From the NCBI GenBank assembly GCA_046757025.1, contig JBHHXN010000089.1, forward strand, positions 1-20,944: DNA of 20,944 bases. Reading direction: 5' to 3'. Shown piece after piece: positions 17,585-20,944 of this stretch. This DNA is from a bacterium. GTDB taxonomy: Bacteria > Zhuqueibacterota > Zhuqueibacteria > Oceanimicrobiales > Oceanimicrobiaceae. The position numbers were made by a program, and so were the translations under genes. Within the stretch, counting starts at the first letter, position 1; each line of letters starts with the position of its first letter. Under the pieces are notes generated by a model that saw only the letters and a program-made list of their open reading frames with translations, had not been told where the DNA came from and did no database searches.

Positions 17585-17974
17585 TCAACGACCTGTAAGG
17601 TTTATCCATTCCCATAGATACGGCCCGATGATCAACAAACCGATGATAATCGCGCCAACTGCCGTAATGAGCACGGCGCCGGCTGCCACATCCTTCGCTT
17701 TGCCCAGCAGCGGGTGAAATTCCGAGGAAACCGCGTCGGTTAAACATTCCAGGGCGGTGTTAAATGCTTCGGCCGTCCATACAGAAATCATGGCCAGAAC
17801 CACCCAGCACCAGTCGAACTTTGTGAAGCCAAAGAACCAGCCCGTAAATACCACCAGGCCCGTCACCACTGCATGGATCCAGGCGTTTTGCTGCGACTTG
17901 ATCATGAAGCCGATGCCCTGGATAGCGAATTTAAAACTGTTGACGCGATCTAAAACGTGTTTAAACCAACTCAT
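17585..17974 (-). CDS. dgkA: Prokaryotic diacylglycerol kinase / undecaprenol kinase (DgkA family)
   Basis: SFKFAIQGI, QQNAWIH, AEAFNTALE..TD, AKDVAAGAV, three TM helices. Start placed at ATG 17974 (129 aa, typical size). Confidence 0.88.
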   Translation of the reverse strand: MSWFKHVLDRVNSFKFAIQGIGFMIKSQQNAWIHAVVTGLVVFTGWFFGFTKFDWCWVVLAMISVWTAEAFNTALECLTDAVSSEFHPLLGKAKDVAAGAVLITAVGAIIIGLLIIGPYLWEWINLTGR

Positions 17975-18165
17975 GGCTGCAATAGAGAAATCGTGAATTG
18001 TTAAGTTAAGCCTCAATTGAGCGATTCTGATGGGGGAGAGGCCGGTGTGCCAGGGTTTGGTCACAACCACCTTAATACGTGTCCTCCAAATCCATCCCCC
18101 ATTGATGAATAAATGCAAGGCTCAATCGCTCAACTTCGGTTAAATATTCATCTAAATTTATGCGA

Positions 18166-19020
18166 TTAAAAATGCAAAACAAACGTGATCACTGTGACGT
18201 TTTTTTTCGTTGACGGGAAAATGGCCGCTTTGTTTTTGCGATCACTTTCGTGCAAAAAAGGCACCAGGTAACCGGTGACGCCCCCCATCACGGCTCCCGC
18301 TAAAACATCCGTGGGAAAGTGCTTGCCCGCTTGCATGCGCAGAAATCCGACCAGAGCTGCCACACCCAACGAGCCGCCCCAAACGACTTTTATCCACCGG
18401 GATTCAGGATAATAATCGCTGAGCACTTTCGAGAAAAAAACCGCCGAGGAAAAAGCCAGGGCAGTATGACCGGAATAGAACGATTTACGGGCATCGTTAT
18501 CCATTATTTTGTCCTCGATATCAACATCCGGATTGTAGGCGAAAGGCCGGGTGCGACCCACCAGAGCCTTGCTCAGCAGCATGCCGGCACTGGTGAGCAT
18601 CAACGTTTCCAGGTACATCCAACCCACCAGGCCCGCATCCCCTCTGATTTCGCTTGAAAACAGCAGTGTGAGTGGCAAAGTTAGATTGCCGTAAAGAAAC
18701 AGGTCGCTGGCCGTGGCGGCATCGGGCGACCAATTTGACCAGACCCAGCGGTCGAAACCGTTGACGTCATCTTTTGACAAATTATCGATATCAGACGGCG
18801 TGAGCGGCTCGAGATTTTCCTCAAATAGGTGGCCCAAAAACAGCAAACCGCCTCCGCCGGCAGTCAAAACCGCCTCTTGAATCGCGTTGGTTTGGTAGGG
18901 AGATTGGGCAAAACAAAGTGACGTCCACAGAATCCACAAACCGACTGAAAACGATACAGCTCTGGCAAAAGATTTTCTAAAAACGCACTTCCCGGTGGAA
19001 TGATTCAAAATAACATTCAC
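18166..19020 (-). CDS. PAP2-family phosphatase with N-terminal signal-like segment
   Basis: C1 K-x6-RP (KALVGRTRP), C2 SFYSGH, C3 R-x5-H-x3-D (RMQAGKHFPTD). GTG start is uncertain. Confidence 0.9.
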   Translation of the reverse strand: MNVILNHSTGKCVFRKSFARAVSFSVGLWILWTSLCFAQSPYQTNAIQEAVLTAGGGGLLFLGHLFEENLEPLTPSDIDNLSKDDVNGFDRWVWSNWSPDAATASDLFLYGNLTLPLTLLFSSEIRGDAGLVGWMYLETLMLTSAGMLLSKALVGRTRPFAYNPDVDIEDKIMDNDARKSFYSGHTALAFSSAVFFSKVLSDYYPESRWIKVVWGGSLGVAALVGFLRMQAGKHFPTDVLAGAVMGGVTGYLVPFLHESDRKNKAAIFPSTKKNVTVITFVLHF

Positions 19021-19070
19021 GAAAAATAAAGGCCGTAATCTTCTTTTTTAAAATAGAACACTTAAGATTG

Positions 19071-19099
19071 ATTATATGCAATAAATTGGAAAGAAACAA
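19071..19099 (-). promoter_or_regulatory. Putative sigma70-type promoter (TTGTTT-17 nt-TATAAT) upstream of PAP2
   Basis: Minus-strand hexamers at 19099-19094 and 19076-19071, ~50 nt ahead of the start codon. Confidence 0.55.
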
Positions 19100-19173
19100 T
19101 CACAAATTCGTACTTGAAAGAAAACCCATTTGGGATCGTTCTTAAGAATCCTGCATCGTTGCTCAGAGCCTCT

Positions 19174-19190
19174 CCTGCGCCTCGCGCAGG
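19174..19190. repeat. GC-rich hairpin within a probable degenerate REP-like sequence
   Basis: CCTGCGC-CTC-GCGCAGG perfect 7-bp stem in the intergenic region. Confidence 0.45.
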
Positions 19191-19305
19191 GATAAACTCC
19201 CAGACAAAGAATTTCCCGATTTACGCACAAACATGGAGCTTCTCCGCTTCGTTCAAAAGGACCGGTTTTCTTTTTTGGACAGCCTGGTGCCCCCCAATTT
19301 AAGAG

Positions 19306-20535
19306 TTAAAAATACGTTCCAAACCCAATGACTTTTTCATCGATGTCTTCAAAATCTGGCGCTTTTCTGCCTTTGGTGAGGCGAAAGAAAATGAAATTTT
19401 TTCCGCGCATCTCTTCTTCGGGTCCTAAAATAATTTTCAAAATGCCCAGCGTTTTTTTCACGGCGTCCAAATCCTGGGCAATGGCGATGGAATAAAAGGT
19501 AGCGGAGTCGTCGAAGCCCGGCGGAGCGTCGTAAAATTTCGTTCGGCGCCACTGCCCTTGCACGATGAGATAGGGTGAAAACGCCAGCTCGTAGCGCGCT
19601 TTGAATTCCAACCGCGCCGGGGTGTCGTTGTTTTTATCGTCTTCTCCAGAAAAGACATAATCCAGATTCAACGTCACGGGCATGGCCAACCGGGCGTAGC
19701 CGGTTTGCGTGTGCAGTTTAAAAATCGGATAATTGCTCCAGGGGATTTCCACTTCCAGGCCGAGCTTCAAATGCCGGCTGAGGACGTCAAACACCTTGTC
19801 TCGAGGGTCGTTCATCTCGGTTTCGATTTGGTAGGAAAAGTTCAATTCCGAGCGGTAAATGAGTCCGCTGGCAAAGTAAAACGGATTGAATGCCAGCTCG
19901 AAAGAGCTTTGGGTGCCGTTGCGCACCGTATCGTCGCTGGCAAAGGTACCGGAGGAAATTAAATTCAAAGACAGCGAACGCAGCCAAAAATTCCCGTGGT
20001 TGTTAAACAAGTTCCTTTCCATGACGTTCACTTTAAATTGATACTCAAAAGCATAAAGCGCTTTCTGGTTCATGAGCCGCTGCAAGTTGAAATCCAAGGC
20101 CTGATTTTTTCCAAAGCCCCATTTAGTTTTGCCCACCGTGGCTTGATCTATGCTGACGAGGATGCCCTGCGCCGGTTCCGCATGTGTAAATTTAATCACC
20201 AGTTTATCTTTCTCACCAAACGCACCCACAAGTTTTACGGAATGGGGTCGGTTGCGGCGCCACAGAATTTGACTGAGCTTTACAAGCTGGCCGTCATTGA
20301 ACACCTGCCAATTTTGAGCATCGAGAATTTTTGCTGAATCTCCACGGGTCGCATTTTGCAATCGACAATTTATGGAATAGTGAATTTCCCGCCGCAGAAC
20401 TTCCTGATTACTACCCAGTACCGGAGAAAGCGTTTCTACCAACTTCGCACTTTGTAATTTGAGTGGTTGGGTAAATCCCTCTGCAATCTCCCAAAACATG
20501 CCAATTGCACAAAGCAGAACCACAAATTTCTTCAT
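19306..20535 (-). CDS. Hypothetical secreted protein, possible outer-membrane beta-barrel
   Basis: 409 aa with AGAGGA RBS, signal peptide MKKFVVLLCAIG.., many alternating-polarity segments, C-terminus VIGFGTYF. Confidence 0.75.
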   Translation of the reverse strand: MKKFVVLLCAIGMFWEIAEGFTQPLKLQSAKLVETLSPVLGSNQEVLRREIHYSINCRLQNATRGDSAKILDAQNWQVFNDGQLVKLSQILWRRNRPHSVKLVGAFGEKDKLVIKFTHAEPAQGILVSIDQATVGKTKWGFGKNQALDFNLQRLMNQKALYAFEYQFKVNVMERNLFNNHGNFWLRSLSLNLISSGTFASDDTVRNGTQSSFELAFNPFYFASGLIYRSELNFSYQIETEMNDPRDKVFDVLSRHLKLGLEVEIPWSNYPIFKLHTQTGYARLAMPVTLNLDYVFSGEDDKNNDTPARLEFKARYELAFSPYLIVQGQWRRTKFYDAPPGFDDSATFYSIAIAQDLDAVKKTLGILKIILGPEEEMRGKNFIFFRLTKGRKAPDFEDIDEKVIGFGTYF

Positions 20536-20570
20536 GAAATTTTCCTCTTTTGGATTTTTACGATGATTTA

Positions 20571-20864
20571 TTACCAGATGATTTCATTAAACCAGTTGTC
20601 GAATAGATCTTGAAATGTCGCACCTGCGTTAATGACGGGTTGTATCTGGTCAACCGTCCAAACGTACGGCTCTTTGGTACACACCTGATTTACACACAAC
20701 AATAATTTCTCCGGGTAGTCGTCGTGCTGGTCCTGCGGTACCACCACCAGCACTTCTTGCGGAAATAGCCCATCACAATGGTTCACCGCCGCACCGATAC
20801 CTGTGCAAGCCAGGGACTCGCAATAAGCCTTTTTCAGGTTTTCAGGGGTTTGTTCAAGTGCCAT
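20571..20864 (-). CDS. Small acidic hypothetical protein with five Cys
   Basis: 97 aa with AGGTG RBS, 35 bp upstream of the 409-aa gene in the same orientation; two C-x4-C motifs. Confidence 0.7.
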   Translation of the reverse strand: MALEQTPENLKKAYCESLACTGIGAAVNHCDGLFPQEVLVVVPQDQHDDYPEKLLLCVNQVCTKEPYVWTVDQIQPVINAGATFQDLFDNWFNEIIW

Positions 20865-20944
20865 AAATTCACCTATTGTTTACAAAACCATGTTTTGATG
20901 GACGCCTTTCGTCGCCCGTTTTGATGACGGATTGTTTGATTTAT

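Noticed and set aside
17975..18118. 48-aa N-terminal extension of DgkA in the ORF track
   Set aside because: Family similarity starts at Met49 and the resulting 129 aa is the normal size.
1..20944. CRISPR array, tRNA, rRNA, transposase or integrase
   Set aside because: No regularly spaced repeats, cloverleaf, rRNA-like sequence or recombinase motifs were seen.

Overview
Bacterial chromosomal window in which every credible gene lies on the minus strand. In transcription order (right to left): two orphan genes (a 97-aa Cys-containing protein and a 409-aa secreted protein with a C-terminal Phe), a PAP2 phosphatase, a DgkA-type lipid kinase, an ADP-ribosylglycohydrolase and a tRNA-dihydrouridine synthase. 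Next is a surface-glycan cluster: a fused WbpB/WbpD-like dehydrogenase-acetyltransferase, two GT4 glycosyltransferases, a UDP-sugar 2-epimerase with a ~39-aa insertion, a SAM methyltransferase, a sulfotransferase and a Wzx flippase. It is followed by a large YfhO-family (GT-C) membrane protein whose stop overlaps the start of an orphan histidine kinase, then a conserved membrane hypothetical protein and an FMN-binding split-barrel protein. Intergenic DNA holds a nested MITE/REP-like element (2540-2695), a REP-like hairpin with a degenerate copy inside the dgkA 3' end, several sigma70-like promoters, and ~1 kb without long ORFs that carries convergent promoters. The best candidate system is a glycan assembly line with no Wzy or WaaL in view, making a sulfated/methylated diacetamido-uronic-acid glycan that YfhO may transfer. 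All family calls rest on motif recognition by eye; no database searches were run.
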